Source of the DNA: the human T2T-CHM13v2.0 reference genome, Homo sapiens
Length of the DNA stretch: 64,000 nt
NCBI RefSeq assembly: GCF_009914755.1
Contig: NC_060935.1
Strand: one strand, 5' to 3'
Under the pieces are notes generated by a model. It saw nothing but the letters and a program-made list of their open reading frames with translations. It was not told the origin of the DNA and made no database searches. The translations under genes were made by a program, and so were the position numbers. Position 1 is the stretch's first letter. Each line of letters starts with the position of its first letter. Below, one piece after another: positions 44,581-60,969 of the stretch.

Positions 44581-44814
44581 CCTCTTATCATTGCCTACAA
44601 GAGGAGTCAGATTTGATGCCTGTCTTGTTGGTCAGTGACTGATGCTTGACAGCTTGTGTAAATTGGATTCTCTCAGCTGACTTCCATGAATTATTGTTGC
44701 TGTTAGCATAGACATTCTTAGGGCTCATGAATTCCTCAGAGAACCTCATGTTACTCTTCAATGAATATACCCGTGTCTAGTAGTGGATGAGAAACATAAT
44801 TATTTTAATGATTA

Positions 44815-45055
44815 TTATTAATAATAATAATTATTAGCTACTATTTACAGAATGTTACTATATGGCACCAGGTCATTTAATCCCATCACAACACTATGCC
44901 AGAAGTTATATCATTGTCACCTTGTAGATGAGGAAAATGGAGTACAGAATAATTTTAAACATTGCCAAGTGTCATGAAACCTAAAGAAGGCAAAGCCTGC
45001 AAATGAACTACACTCTGTCTGATTCTAAGTTTTACGTGCATAATCATTTAACTTT
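44815..45055 (-). mobile_element. MIR SINE
   Basis: attattagctactatttacagaatg...tcatttaatcccatcacaacactatg...tagatgaggaaaatggag. Confidence 0.7.
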
Positions 45056-45111
45056 GCAGACCAGAAGTGGCTCACTTATTTAATTGTAGTGAACTGCATT
45101 TGCCTTGCTTC

Positions 45112-45482
45112 TTTAACAGCTTTATTCACACAATTCACATATAATACAATTCACTCATTTAAATTATACAACTCAATAATATTTTCAGATGTATGCAATC
45201 ATCTCCACAGCCCATTTTAGAAATTTTCCTTATCTCATAAATAAATCCTGTACCTTTTAGCCATCACTTCCCATCCCTCTACCCAACACTCTCAGCCCTA
45301 AGCAACCACAACTTACACTCTCTCACTAGAGATTTTCAGTTCTTGATGATTTATATGAATTTATATGATGATTATATGAATGAATCATATAATATGTGTC
45401 CTTTTGTTTCCAGCTTCTTTCAAATAGAATAATGTTTCAAGTTTCATTCCCTATTAGCATGTATAAGTACTTCATTCCTTCA
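45112..45482 (-). mobile_element. L1MB-type 3' end
   Basis: tttaacagctttatt...caattcactcatttaaa...cagccctaagcaaccac...gtacttcattcctt. Confidence 0.8.
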
Positions 45483-45619
45483 TGTTTGCCTTGCTTCTTT
45501 TGGCTGGTTTTCTAGTCTGTTCTTATCTGAGAACAGTAACTTCCTTATGCCAGAGCAAGAAGGGCTTCTTTCCTGGACTTTGTCCTTGAAAGGCACTTCT
45601 CTGTCCCTTCTCCACCAGT

Positions 45620-46087
45620 GCCCAGTTCCCTTTCCTATGGGGTAAGTCCTTAGGTCCAGGTACCTGGGGCCCAAGAATATCCTGACCAATTAGCCCAGGG
45701 TATGTGCATCTTCTCAGAGACAGTTCTCCTCAAAGTGAATCCCACCCCACAATTGGTGAGGCCACCATTTGTTGTGAAGTATGAATGGGACTTTGACATG
45801 AGGGCTGGGGTGTCCATATACATGCAGACAGGGTCCCTCACACAGTCCAGTGGAGCTGGCGGTGGGAAGAAAAGGTGAAGTGCAGTTGAATAACACAGAG
45901 AAATTTGAGAATGCCTAGCTTAAACCTGAACTTGCTACACAAAGCTATATTTGTTAAAATAAGAGAAAAAAGAAAATATTTAATAGTTTCTAGTTTATAA
46001 CTAACTTTTAAATATTTAGACATATGGTATGTTGACCTCTTATTGTACTCATATAACTGACCTTGCAAAATTTTAGAAGTGGGCCTT
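45620..46087 (+). mobile_element. FordPrefect-like hAT-Tip100 element
   Basis: 3' end aaatatttagacatatggtatgttgacctcttattgtactc...ttagaagtgggcct resembles the remembered consensus. Confidence 0.5.
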
Positions 46088-46094
46088 TTAAAAG

Positions 46095-46146
46095 CACAAA
46101 CAGATCAATGAATAGCTCCACAAACAGATCAATGAATAGCTCCACA
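46095..46146 (+). repeat. Perfect 24-bp tandem duplication
   Basis: cacaaacagatcaatgaatagctc x2 followed by caca. Confidence 0.95.
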
Positions 46147-47050
46147 TCACATCATTCATAAGAGCAATTTTACAGTTTTCTCTCAATGTCACAGGTTTTT
46201 GAGACTGACAGGTTAGTCTTTCATCTTCTTTGGAATCTTATTTGTGTCTACCATGTGCAACGCCAATCTGTACACTGAGATCCTGCAGATGTCTTACTAG
46301 GATTACTTAGTGAAGAAACCAACTTGATGGGGTGCCATGCCTCTCACTGTCACACTCAGTGTCCATATTAGATTCCTAAATCACTTTGAGCCTCACTGCC
46401 TAAGTCTGAGAAAATGTTTATCCTTCACATAGCCATTCTTTTGGGTGTAACTCCTGCTGGCCTGCAGGAACAGCACAACCATGATGCAATTCAAGGAAAG
46501 CAATCTCCCAAATAATTAGCATACAGAAGCCCCAAAGAGACAAGTTATATTTTTCCTGTTTAATTTAGGACATAGCTAACAATAATTTTCTAAAACAGTT
46601 CCACGAGAGAAAGTAGAAATTGTTATTTATATTATGTGTCATAATATTACCAGCTGGCATTGTTGAAAGCAGGGAACAAAGAATTATTTTCTCAGCTGAT
46701 GAAATGACAACCAATTATTATATCTTCTTGAAGTAGTATGTTATGCTCTCCAAAAATACCAGAAGTCATTCATTGTTCTTAACTGCTACGGCATGTTTTT
46801 AATATGCTGGCTAAGAAGTTACCAGAGGTTGCAGTCAAGCTCAGGAGTGGCTCATGATCATTGTAGGGAAGGAGCTGCCTAAAATAAATGCGCAAACCCA
46901 TACTTCATTGACCAGCCAGCATAAGTGTTCATGAAGAGCCCCCATGTGCCCAGCTTTATGCTGCATAGCCCACTCTCTTTGATAGGCTAGCACCTTCTCC
47001 AGACATTGCTTAAAACTCTCTTGTAACTTAAAAACTATGTTTCTGTTGAC

Positions 47051-47952
47051 TTTTTTATTATTATTATACTTTAAGTTCTAGGGTACATGTGCACAACATG
47101 CAGGTTTGTTACATATGTATACATGTGACATGTTGGTGTGCTGCACCCATTAACTCGTCATTTACATTAGGTATATCTCCTAATGCTATCCTCCCACTTC
47201 CCCCAACCCCATGACAGGCCCCGGTGTGTGATGTTCCCCTTCCTATGTCCAAGTGTTCTCATTGTTCAGTTCCCACCTCTGAGTGAGAACATGTGGTGTT
47301 TGGTTTTTTGTCCTTGTGATAGTTTGCTCAGAGTGATGGTTTCCAGCTTCATCCATGTCCCTAACAAACGACATGAACTCATCCTTTTTTATGGCGGCAT
47401 AGTGTTCCATGGTGTATATGTGCCACATTTTCTTAATCCAGTCTATCATTGATGGACATTTGGGTTGGTTCCAAGTCTTTGGTATTGTAAATAGTGCCGC
47501 AATAAACATACGTGTGCATGTGTCTTTATAGCAGCATGATTTATAATCCTTTGGGTATATACCCAGTAATGGGATGGCTGGGTCAAACGGTATTTGTAGT
47601 TCTAGATCCTTGAGGAATTGCCACACTGTCTTCCACAATGATTGAACTAGTTTATAGTCCCACCAACAGTGTAAAAGTGTTCCTATTTCTCCACATCCTC
47701 TCCAGCACCTGTTGTTTCCTAACTAACTTTTTAATGATCGCCATTCTAACTGGTGTGAGATGATATCTCATTGTGGTTTTGATTTGCATTTCTCTGATGG
47801 CCAGTGATGATGAGCATTTTTTCATGTGTCTGTTGGCTGCATAAATGTCTTCTTCTGAGAAGTGTCTGTTCATATCCTTTGCCCACTTGTTGATGGGGTT
47901 GTTTGTTTGTTTTTTTCTTGTAAATTTTTTTAGTTCTTTGTAGATTCTGGAT
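47051..47952 (-). mobile_element. 5'-truncated L1PA5-like LINE-1 (~0.9 kb)
   Basis: L1PA 3' UTR and ORF2 C-terminal peptides (ORFs 47243-47638, 47652-47957); no TSD seen. Confidence 0.93.
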
Positions 47953-49279
47953 TTCATTCTCTTTAGAGATGCTTCATCAACATCATCATCATTGTTTTTC
48001 TTGCATGTTGTTAATATTCAGTGGGAGGTCTCTCACTCAGAAAGTTTAAGCAACTTGCCCAAGGTTACCATAACTCACGTCTTCAAATGCTCAGTCCTGT
48101 GCTATATACCACACTGCTTTCTGGTACAATTTAAATTATATTACACCTTGTATATTACTTTAAATGTATGTTCTGATCTACCACTCCATTATCTTTTCAA
48201 GCTATTCAGTTACTTACTAATGCACAAAAAAAAGTGTTCGCTTGCACAAAGAAAATCTTTATTCAAATAAATCCTAAAGTGGATTATTTAGTGAAGCAAG
48301 ATTTATTTGTAGTCTCTCAAATTCATATTTCATTTTATCTTTATCGTGAACATAAACAATTGTATACCAGTATTACATTAATTTAATGAGGCTTACCTGT
48401 CATGTATAATATAGATTTGTGTGTTTCAATTTTTTTATCTTGAATAGGGCTGTGCAGTGTTTTACTACAGTTTAAAAAACATAGTCAAAAAAAGGCTGTA
48501 CAACCACAGCACTTGAATTCTCTGAACCAGAGAGGCCTTTTAAATTCTTGCAAAAGCTCCAAATTCTCCTCTCTGGAAGAAACAGATACATATACCTACA
48601 ACATTTTGCATATGATTTTCTAGGGTTAGTGTAACCAAAGAAGCCTGTAAGAGAACTCCCTTGGTGTCCAGGACCCCTGATTAAGAACTTTGCCTTCTCA
48701 AGTGCCTGCCAATCTCTCCTCAATATTTTGATAGGAAGATTACAAGGAAGAAGATGGTGGAAAAGAAAAGTTGATGTCCCAAAGAGCAATAATTTAGATC
48801 TAGGGAAAATAATAGGAGAGAGAAGAGGGAGTAGGGGTATGGATACCTGAGAGGAAATTGGCAGAAATTAACCAAGTAAATTTAAAGATGTCTTAAATTT
48901 GATATTCAAAATATTGTCTGTGTCTCTTAGTCATGTAAGCTCCTCCTAGCTCTAATCCTTAAATCTCCAGTAAAAGCCTCCTGTGTGTGACTGCCTCACG
49001 GGAGATGAATTTGTGTGTAAAGAGCTCAAGTAGTAGATGCCGTCTTCAACATTTAAGTCAATGACAGGGCAGCAACAGAGAAACAGATGCAAGATGCAGA
49101 AGCCAGAAATCACAGCCAGACAGATAAGAAAAATAGTTTTTCAGAAACTAAAGACATCTTGGCATGCTAGATTTCCCATAGGATGTAGAACTGACTTTAG
49201 AGCCAATTTTATTCTTACTTTAAGTGGGTAAGTAACTTCAGCTCTTATCTTATTTACTCTGACTTATGACTAGCTCTCA

Positions 49280-49490
49280 AGAATTTGCAAAAGATAAGCA
49301 CAATAATTATTTTATCTACTTGGAGACCCTACAAGGTGGGCTTTCCCCCCTCACCTTTACAAATGAGGAAACTGAGGCTCACAGTATAAAATAACCAAGA
49401 TCACAGACTTGGCTCAGAGAGCTGTCAGGAGCTCTAACCTCTCTCCCTAACTAACCTTGTGCCCTTTCTTCTGGGACGCACTGCCTATTT
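49280..49490 (-). mobile_element. MIR SINE
   Basis: tttacaaatgaggaaactgaggctcacag...ccaagatcacag. Confidence 0.7.
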
Positions 49491-50021
49491 GAAAGCAAAT
49501 GCTAAATGATGGCTTGCTAGTGCTTGGTCTTTATTGCCACTTCTTCCCTATTGTGCCTATATATAATATTTCCTGCTGAGACCAGTTACAGCCTTAGTCT
49601 GCTACTAAACACACTACTCCAGGGGTCACTATCATCAGTTAAGAATTGGCAGTCGAGGTGAAACCTATTTAGCATCACTGTCTGAAATGACTTGGGTCAG
49701 ATTTCTCCCAGAAGTCTATTGAGATTGGGTGAAGAAATCAGAACTAAGACGATTTTAAAGAAATAATTTGGCCATCAGTGTTTTTCAATTCCAGTTTTGT
49801 CTTTCACACCTGTGTCCCAGTTTCAAATTTTCCACAGGACATTCCCATGTGAATACACTTGTAACCTGAATAGTCCCCAGGTAAGACGGAGAAGCATATT
49901 TGCAGAAGTCCAAGTTATACGGATCACTCACTCTTGTTATTTATCTTGTATTTCACATTACAAAACAGTTTTGAGTGTTGAAATAAAGATCCAAAAATTT
50001 TCCCTTGGGAGAGTTGCATTT

Positions 50022-50225
50022 TCTCTCTCTCTCTGAGAGAGAGAGAGAGAGGGAGGGAGGGAGGGAGGGAGGGAGGGAGAGAGAGGGAGGGAGGGAGGGA
50101 GAGAGAGGGAGGGAGGGAGGGAGAGAGAGGGAGGGAGGGAGAGGGAGGGAGGGAGGGAGGGAGAGAGAGAGAGAGAGAAGGAAGGAAGGAGAAGGGGAGA
50201 AAGGAAGAAACGAAGAGAGAAAGAA
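50022..50225. repeat. (CT)n followed by (GA)n/(GGGA)n polypurine tract
   Basis: Seen directly; purine-only from 50035 to about 50210. Confidence 0.95.
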
Positions 50226-50239
50226 AGTCTTTATGAGAG

Positions 50240-50530
50240 AAGCCTCTCCTCCATCCTCTAAAGCTCATTAGCCCTGTCCCCACCCCATTATCCTCCATCT
50301 CAGCTCCTAGTTCTTTTCCCTCTTGTTACACTTATCACAAGTGGTAATTAATTAATTACTGTTTAGTGAAAATCACTTCTGCTTTACTATGCCCTCCAAA
50401 AGACAGGTATCACATCTGTTTTGGGTACTATAATATCTCCTGGCAGAAGGAATAACACATAATAGGCGCTTCAGTAGTAATTGTGGAATAAAAGAAAGTC
50501 TATAAAATGTGCTCATGAATAAATGAATTG
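50240..50530 (+). mobile_element. L2 3' region
   Basis: acacttatcacaagtggtaatt...aagacaggtatcacatctgttttg...taacacataataggcgcttc. Confidence 0.6.
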
Positions 50531-50857
50531 CAGTGCCATGTCTGCTGAAGACTAATCCAGTTAACTATATACTTCCCTTACATCTGTACACACAATATTC
50601 TGGAATGTTCCTCATTCCTACCGTTATTCACCAATTGTAGCAACAATGTTCCTCTCTCCCTGAGTTTTTACCTTGGACTGCTACCTGTGACTGACTTCTT
50701 CTGCTTTGCATTTTCTAGTCCTCATAGAAACTGATTTTATGTCCCCAAGTGTGCCACAGTGTTTGGGATTTGCTCGCTATCATTTGTTTGCCTAATCCTA
50801 CTGTGCTCTGTCTAAAATAATGCTTGTTCATTTTTTGCAAAGACAGTGAAAGTAAGG

Positions 50858-51028
50858 CAGTTATTCTCAAACCTAATCAGCACAAATACCTGAGTTTTTG
50901 CATATAATTGCTTTTCAGGACCAAATTTTATAGAAGGATAGTCTCTAGGGTTAAATATCTGTAAGGAAGTGGTATTTTGTAACAAGCTCCTGGAGTGATT
51001 ATTATGATTCAGGGTTAGGAGCTACTAA
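50858..51028. mobile_element. MER5-family MITE
   Basis: cagttattctcaaacct...gtattttgtaacaagctcctggagtgatt...ttaggagctact. Confidence 0.5.
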
Positions 51029-51538
51029 GGTAGAGAAGAGGTCACCAGCTTTGGAATCATATGTGGATTTGAGTCTTTGCTCACAGATGGGTTAACTCTA
51101 TGACTTCAACCAATTAATTAATCCAACCACGTTTCCCAATCTGTACAATGGTAAAGAGACCAATGGTAGAGAGGTGGTTTTTACCCGACCTCCACCTTCA
51201 GTCTGTTCAGAAGCAGACCAGCTTTTCATACTAATTTTCCATAAGAGCCAGACCCAATATTTTTCACTTAAGCAAATAGCTTTTCTAGACTCCAAATTAC
51301 AGGATGAATTCTTTTTCTAGAAAAAAGTATTCAAATCTGAATAAACCAAGTAATTATACTTTGACATAAAACACCTCATAATATATGATATCTTCATCAT
51401 TTATAATCAGTAGCTGAAAAGATATTGTTGATGTACTATTGCTATTCCTTCCAAAAGCCCCTTATGTTGCTGCCATCAGGACCCTGTCACTGGTTCTACC
51501 TCCCTGCTGCAGGTCTCATAACCAGTCGCCTACAATCT

Positions 51539-51628
51539 TCTAAAAGCAGTAGAGGATATACCTCTAAAAGCAGTAGAGGGTATAAAATCCTCTAAAAGCA
51601 GTAGAGGGTATATCTCTACTGCTTTTAG
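51539..51628. repeat. Three direct 22-bp repeats plus one inverted copy (hairpin)
   Basis: tctaaaagcagtagagg(a/g)tata at 51539, 51563, 51591; ctctactgcttttag at 51614. Confidence 0.92.
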
Positions 51629-53586
51629 GCCTGTGGTCAGGCTGGCCTAACCCCACTGAGATACAAAGGCCAGTAGCTAATATCCCCAGTACAGCGCCAA
51701 AGGAAACCCCACTCCTGCTGCAGATGTAATCTTATCACACTGTCCTGGAGTCCCAAATTAATCTCTTCTTTGCAGTAATATTACAAATGATGCACAATAT
51801 TTTAAAGATCACTGTGAGTAATGTCATAATTTATTTATGTTAAAAGTTGAAACAAAATGAGTGGCATTTTAATCTCATTGAATGTGTACTTTCTAGTCCT
51901 GGCGATAGGACTAGCACTATGTCTTTCATAGGCCATGTTTAGTGCTACTTCCTGCTAACCTTGACTCAGTGGTCAGGTTAAGTTCTATCATTTTCATTGC
52001 TATATAGGGTAAGATATGCCTCTCCTCCCTTAACTGGACATGACATAGGTGTGTCTTCACCTGGGGACAAGGACTGTGAGCAAGTACACATCTCTATCTC
52101 CTATTAAATAAACTTCCCTTGCAACACAAAAACTAAACAAGTCTTCTCAGATCTCTGGGAGCCATTCACTCCCCCTGAGTTAGACTACTCTTTTTTGTGT
52201 TCAAGCATAAGATACTCGATCCTGCCTTCAAAGACAACTCTGTTTTTTAGTGCTGAATTTCTGAACATAGACATGGGTGGAGTTTTCTTCAGGATATCCT
52301 TAGGGGCTGGTGAGGGGGGTGTAAAGAAGAATTTAATGTGATCAGGCATAAAGGTTCAGTAGAACCAGAGGGTAACAGTGAAAGGGAATGAAAAACAAAA
52401 TGTCTTTTTATTGTCTCTCTCTTCCAGAAAGAAGAATGAAATAGAAGTTAATTTCACTGTATATTTCCTTGCCAAATTTAATCAAACATATATTTGTAGT
52501 TCTCTCCAGTGTCTCATGGAAATAGAGGGAATACCGAAGTTACTAAGGATGCAGCTAACAGTAACCAAAATTATATCAATATATCCAATATATTTATATT
52601 ATTAAAATTATTTTCACTAGATCATCAGTTTTCAAAACATCACTGGGGTAAATACTATTCATAATAAGTATGTTTTATCCCAAGAAAGGGCTTGTTTTTA
52701 CTGTTAACATAATTCTAGGGGGCAGTGTCTGATGTACTTTCCTCTTAGGGAAGTGTTTTAAAAGACTGTTCTAAACCCTGCTGTAAAGAACTTTATTGAA
52801 CCTTGTTTTCACCCATTGTTTTCTCATTTTATTTATGACCCTACAGCCTCAGGAAGAGCCTGCACATTATTGATCTTAGAGACTGTGTTAGTATTTTGAA
52901 CATTCAAGTTGAAAAAGATACTATAACTTCCTTTGCCCCTTCCCTACCATTTTTAAATACTTGTTTGGGGTTTGATAACCTCTCTGCAAAGATGCCATGG
53001 AGACACCAGCAGAACCAAATTCCCTGGCTCCAATCGCTGTCGCGTTGACTCTGAGGAAAGAGATTGAAATTTGGAAGTAAAAATAGCTTGAGAGATTGTA
53101 AATAGCAAAGGCAGAGGGAAAGGGAGGCAGTAAATGATAAGAGATGTAGCTAAATATTTATATATACAAAAAATGAAAACATGAAAAACGTTCCTTCTGA
53201 AATACATAATTAAGCTCAAGACAGAGTAGGCAGATGGGAGTCAGTAATTACAGGTTCCTAATGTATCCAAAATTCCCAGAGAATGAAAGTGTTGCTACTA
53301 ATTTTGTAGCTTCACAGTTTATAGCTTGTTGCTGTTTATAACAGGCGCTGCTCCATTAACACTTGACATTCCAGTTAAGATAGTTTGCATTTAAAAATAA
53401 AGCTAGCAGAGCAAACCCACACAATTTCTGACCTACTTAGACTATTTATGTGAAAATGCCATGTAAAGTAAGGTTATTATGCATGTCTTGCAGTTATTAG
53501 CATTACCATCATTCTCATTATCATTACAGGCATTTCTGGTGTCATAGAAAAGACTGGATATGGGACTCATTTCACTTCTACAAATA

Positions 53587-53690
53587 TAGTCATGCACTAC
53601 CTAATGACACTTTGGTCAGTGACAGATGACATATACGACTGTGGTCTCATATGATTATTATACTCAAAATTTACTGTACCTTTTCTATGT

Positions 53691-53692
<2 letters not shown>
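53587..53692 (-). mobile_element. Tigger3-family end fragment, cut by the L1PA
   Basis: agtcatgcactacctaatgacactttggtcagtgacaga...ttactgtaccttttctatgttt; reverse complement of the end of the 2439-2736 element. Confidence 0.8.
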
Positions 53693-57371
<3,679 letters not shown>

Positions 57372-60110
57372 TCTGCACTCTCAATTCTATTGTATTCATC
57401 TATCCTTCTACTATGCATCTTGTTTTGATTGTTGATACTTTGCAGTAAGTTTTGAAATTGAGAAGTGTAGCTTCTCCAACTTTGTTATTCTCTTTCAAGA
57501 TTGTTTAAGCTATTGTGGATCCCTTAAAATTGTATATAAATTTTCTAGTCAACATGACAACTTCTACAAAGAAGTCAACTAGTCAACATCGTTTTTCTGA
57601 TGAAGATTGTCTTAAATCTATAGGTCAGTTGGGCAATATTGTTATTTTAACATTGTTTATTCTTCCAGTCCATGGATGTGGATTGTTTTCCCATTTATTT
57701 AGATTTTCCTCAATATCTTTCAACACAATTTTTTAGTTTTCAGAATATAAATTTAGTTTTCAGAATATAAACTTTGTTCTTCTTTTCTTAAATTTATTCC
57801 TAAGAATTTTATTTTTTTGATGCTATTGTAAACAGAATTTTCTTAATTTTATTTTTAAATCATTTAATGTGTATATAAATACAATTCAAAAACTTTCCCT
57901 TACTTTATTTTTTCTTTTACTTATTTATTTGTGTTTCTGACACATAGGAGAGTATTTCCTGCAGACAACATATAGTTGGGTCATACTTGTTTAATTCATT
58001 CTCACAATCTCTACCTTATGATGGGATTATTTAATTCATTCACATTTAAAATTATTGATATATTTTGATATATATCTATCATTTTACTTTTGTTTTCTGT
58101 AGGTCTTATGTCTTTCTTATTGTTCCATTTCTCCTTTACTACTTTTCTTTTAATTGAGTGAATGTTTTACAATGTAGCATTTTTAGTTTTATGCTCTAGA
58201 ATTTAATATGTATTTCTTAATTTGTGAGAATGAGATTCATATTTATAATAGCTCAATTAAAACAAGATATATTATTCCTTACATTGATCTGTTCCCTCTC
58301 CCACTTTTGTGTTATTATGGCTCTATATATCTAATCAATGTTACAACTTAACAATAGATTTTTATAATTATTACTTTGCCATATCCTACCATTTTCTTAG
58401 TCCATTACACTTTTTCTCCAACTCACCTCTGTTGGCAAATATATTACGTATCTATATGTTACAAACCCTATATTATATAAATACCATTTTAAACAATTGC
58501 CTTTAAGTAAACTAAGAGAAAAAAAGAAAAATGTGCCTTTTATAACTTCATTGTTACCTTTACAGGTGCTCTTGTTTCTAAGGATTTAAATTACTGTCTG
58601 GGGTCACTTGCTTTCATCCTTAAAAACTTCTTTTAGTCTTTCTTTTAAAGCAAGTCTGCTAACAATACATTCACTCAGCTTCTGTTCATCTGGGAAAGTA
58701 TTTTGCTTTCATCTCTGAATGATAGCTTTGCTGGATATAATATTTCTAACTGACATTTTCTCTAAGACTTTGAATATGTTACTCTACTGCCTTCTGATAG
58801 CCATTGTTTCTTCTGAGAAGTCAGCTGTTAATCTTTTTGAGACACTTACAAATGACACATTATTTTCCTCACCAGCTTTAAGATTTTTCTTTTCTTTGAC
58901 TTTTATAAATTTTTCTATGATGTGTCTGGTTATGGGTCTTCTATATCCGTCCTACTTAGAGTTCACTGAGTTTCCAGGATGTATAGGTTATTGGCTTTTT
59001 AAAGTTTAGGGAACTTTCATTCATATTTCTTAGAAAAATTTTCTTTTTCTTTTTCTCTCCCCTCTTCTGATAATTCCATTACTTGTATGTTGGTGTGGTT
59101 AATGGTGTCCCACAATTCTCTGATGCTGTGTACATTTGTCTTTATTCTTTTTTCCCCACTGTTCTTCAGCTTACACAGTTACTATTGATCCATATTCAAG
59201 TTCACTTTTTTTAATCTACCAGTTCAAATCTAATGCTGAGCCCTGCTATTGAATTTTGATTTCAGTTATTGTACTTTTCAACTCCAAAATTTTCATGTAG
59301 TTCTCTCTTATAATCTTCATCTTTGTTATTTTTTATTTTTTGACATTATCATTATTACACCATCCTTTACTTCTTTAATTGTGAATTTTTTTCAATTCTG
59401 TTAACATATTTATAATAGCTACTTTGAAGTCCTTTTTTTTTGTTGTGGTTAAATCCAACATCTGACAGACATCTGGTGATTTCTGTTACCTGCTATCATT
59501 CTGTGTATGTTATACTTTCCCATTTCTTTGCATGCCTCATAAATGTTGTTAGAAACTGAACATTTGGGATAACATGTTACAGCAATTCTGAATATTAGTC
59601 CCCTTCCCCCAGAGCTTGTTAATTCTATTTGCATGATTATGTTTTATGACAGGCTAGATTATTTTTTTGAAGTCTATTTCCTCTCTACAGTGTTAAGACT
59701 CTGATACTGTTCCTCAAGGAGGCTCAATTTTGTGTATGCTAACAATCTCATTGGAATGACAATAGTACTGATAGGGCTCTCTCCCATTCTTTCCCTGATC
59801 ACACCCAGCTGTTAAATCTCACAAATTTCTAAGTCAGTTTGCTTTATTGTTTTCAACGTTGTCCTAGGATATGAATTTATATACTAACTAATCCAACTAA
59901 ATTGCGGCTTCTTTCATGGAACAATTTCTGAGTTAAGTATTTTATATTTGTTCTGACTCTGGGAAGGCTTCTCCCAGCTCTTCTATTCTTCAGTTCTCTC
60001 CTTCAAACTAGCCAGCCTGCAGTCTTTTATGTATTTTTTATTAGATTGACAGTATCCTCCCAATTGACTTTCACCACAGACTCTACTGTTTTTGAGAGTA
60101 TGTTCAAGTT
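57372..60110 (-). mobile_element. Old L1M element(s): degenerate ORF2, ORF1 and 5' region
   Basis: tttgcagtaagttttgaaattgagaagtg...ctccaactttg; aacatatagttgggtc; ttctgagaagtcagctgttaatct. Confidence 0.7.
57732..57771 (+). repeat. Perfect 20-bp tandem duplication
   Basis: tttagttttcagaatataaa x2. Confidence 0.9.
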
Positions 60111-60335
60111 TAAACTAATTCACATTATTTTTACTAATGTAGTCTGTTCTAAATTTTTGTAGACTCTCTTGAATGCATATTTATTTGTTATTTGACCTTG
60201 GGACCATTTCCAGGAGCTTTAGTTTAGTTTTGTTTTGTTTTTTTCCTACTTTCACCAGTTTTACTGGGGAATGAGTTAGCAAAGCTCCTTGTGCTTTCAT
60301 GCCATAAGTAATGCTCTTCCAGTCTTATATACTTA

Positions 60336-60550
60336 CAGTTAATGTTTTTATAAACTATAGTTAATGTTTTTATAAACATTATAATGTTTATATAATTTAT
60401 ATATTATGTTTATAATAGTGTTTATATATGTTTATATATACTATATAAAAACATGCTTTTATAAACATTAACTATAGTTAATATTTTTATAGTTAATATT
60501 AACCATATTTTTATAGTTAATATTAACTATATTTTTATAGTTAATGTTTA
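60336..60550. repeat. AT-rich direct and inverted minisatellite-like repeat
   Basis: Repeated tatagttaat units; perfect palindromes attaactatagttaat (60467-60482) and atagttaatattaactat. Confidence 0.85.
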
Positions 60551-60689
60551 AAATTTTTAGTTTTGCTTCTGTTATAAATAATATTTTTAATTTTTATTTA
60601 TTGTACTTAAATATAGAGAAAAGCTATTGATTTTTGTACATAGATCTTAAATATAGTCATTTAAAAAATTTTTATATAGTCTATATTTT

Positions 60690-60737
60690 TAAATAGCATT
60701 TGAGTGCTTTTAATAAATAGCATTTGAGTGCTTTTAA
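60690..60737 (+). repeat. Perfect 24-bp tandem duplication
   Basis: taaatagcatttgagtgcttttaa x2. Confidence 0.95.
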
Positions 60738-60925
60738 GTCACGGTGAAGTCATTCTAAACAAGATGGTTTTCCTTTTCCTTTTCCCATGTTTATGCTAAT
60801 TATTTTATTGTCAGGCCTATTTCATCCAATAGCATATAGAAGGCAGCATTGAGTGACAATATAATGAGAATCCTTGTATATTTTCTGATTGTTATTGGTA
60901 TGATTCTGTTGGTTTCCATTTCAAA

Positions 60926-60969
60926 TTATGTTTGGTATTGTATTTTGTTATGTTTGGTATTGTATTTTG
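60926..60969 (+). repeat. Perfect 22-bp tandem duplication
   Basis: ttatgtttggtattgtattttg x2. Confidence 0.95.

Noticed and set aside
49838-49880. Plus-strand exon candidate ttttccacag|...cag|gtaaga
   Set aside because: 43 nt, not frame-preserving, isolated and with no recognisable peptide; indistinguishable from a pseudo-exon.
49924-50298. 124-aa Pro/Ser/Leu ORF and 88-aa Arg/Glu/Gly ORF
   Set aside because: Both are translations of the (GGGA)/(GA) simple repeat.
51539-51628. CRISPR-like repeat array
   Set aside because: Spacers are only 2-6 bp, there are no cas genes, and the context is primate DNA.
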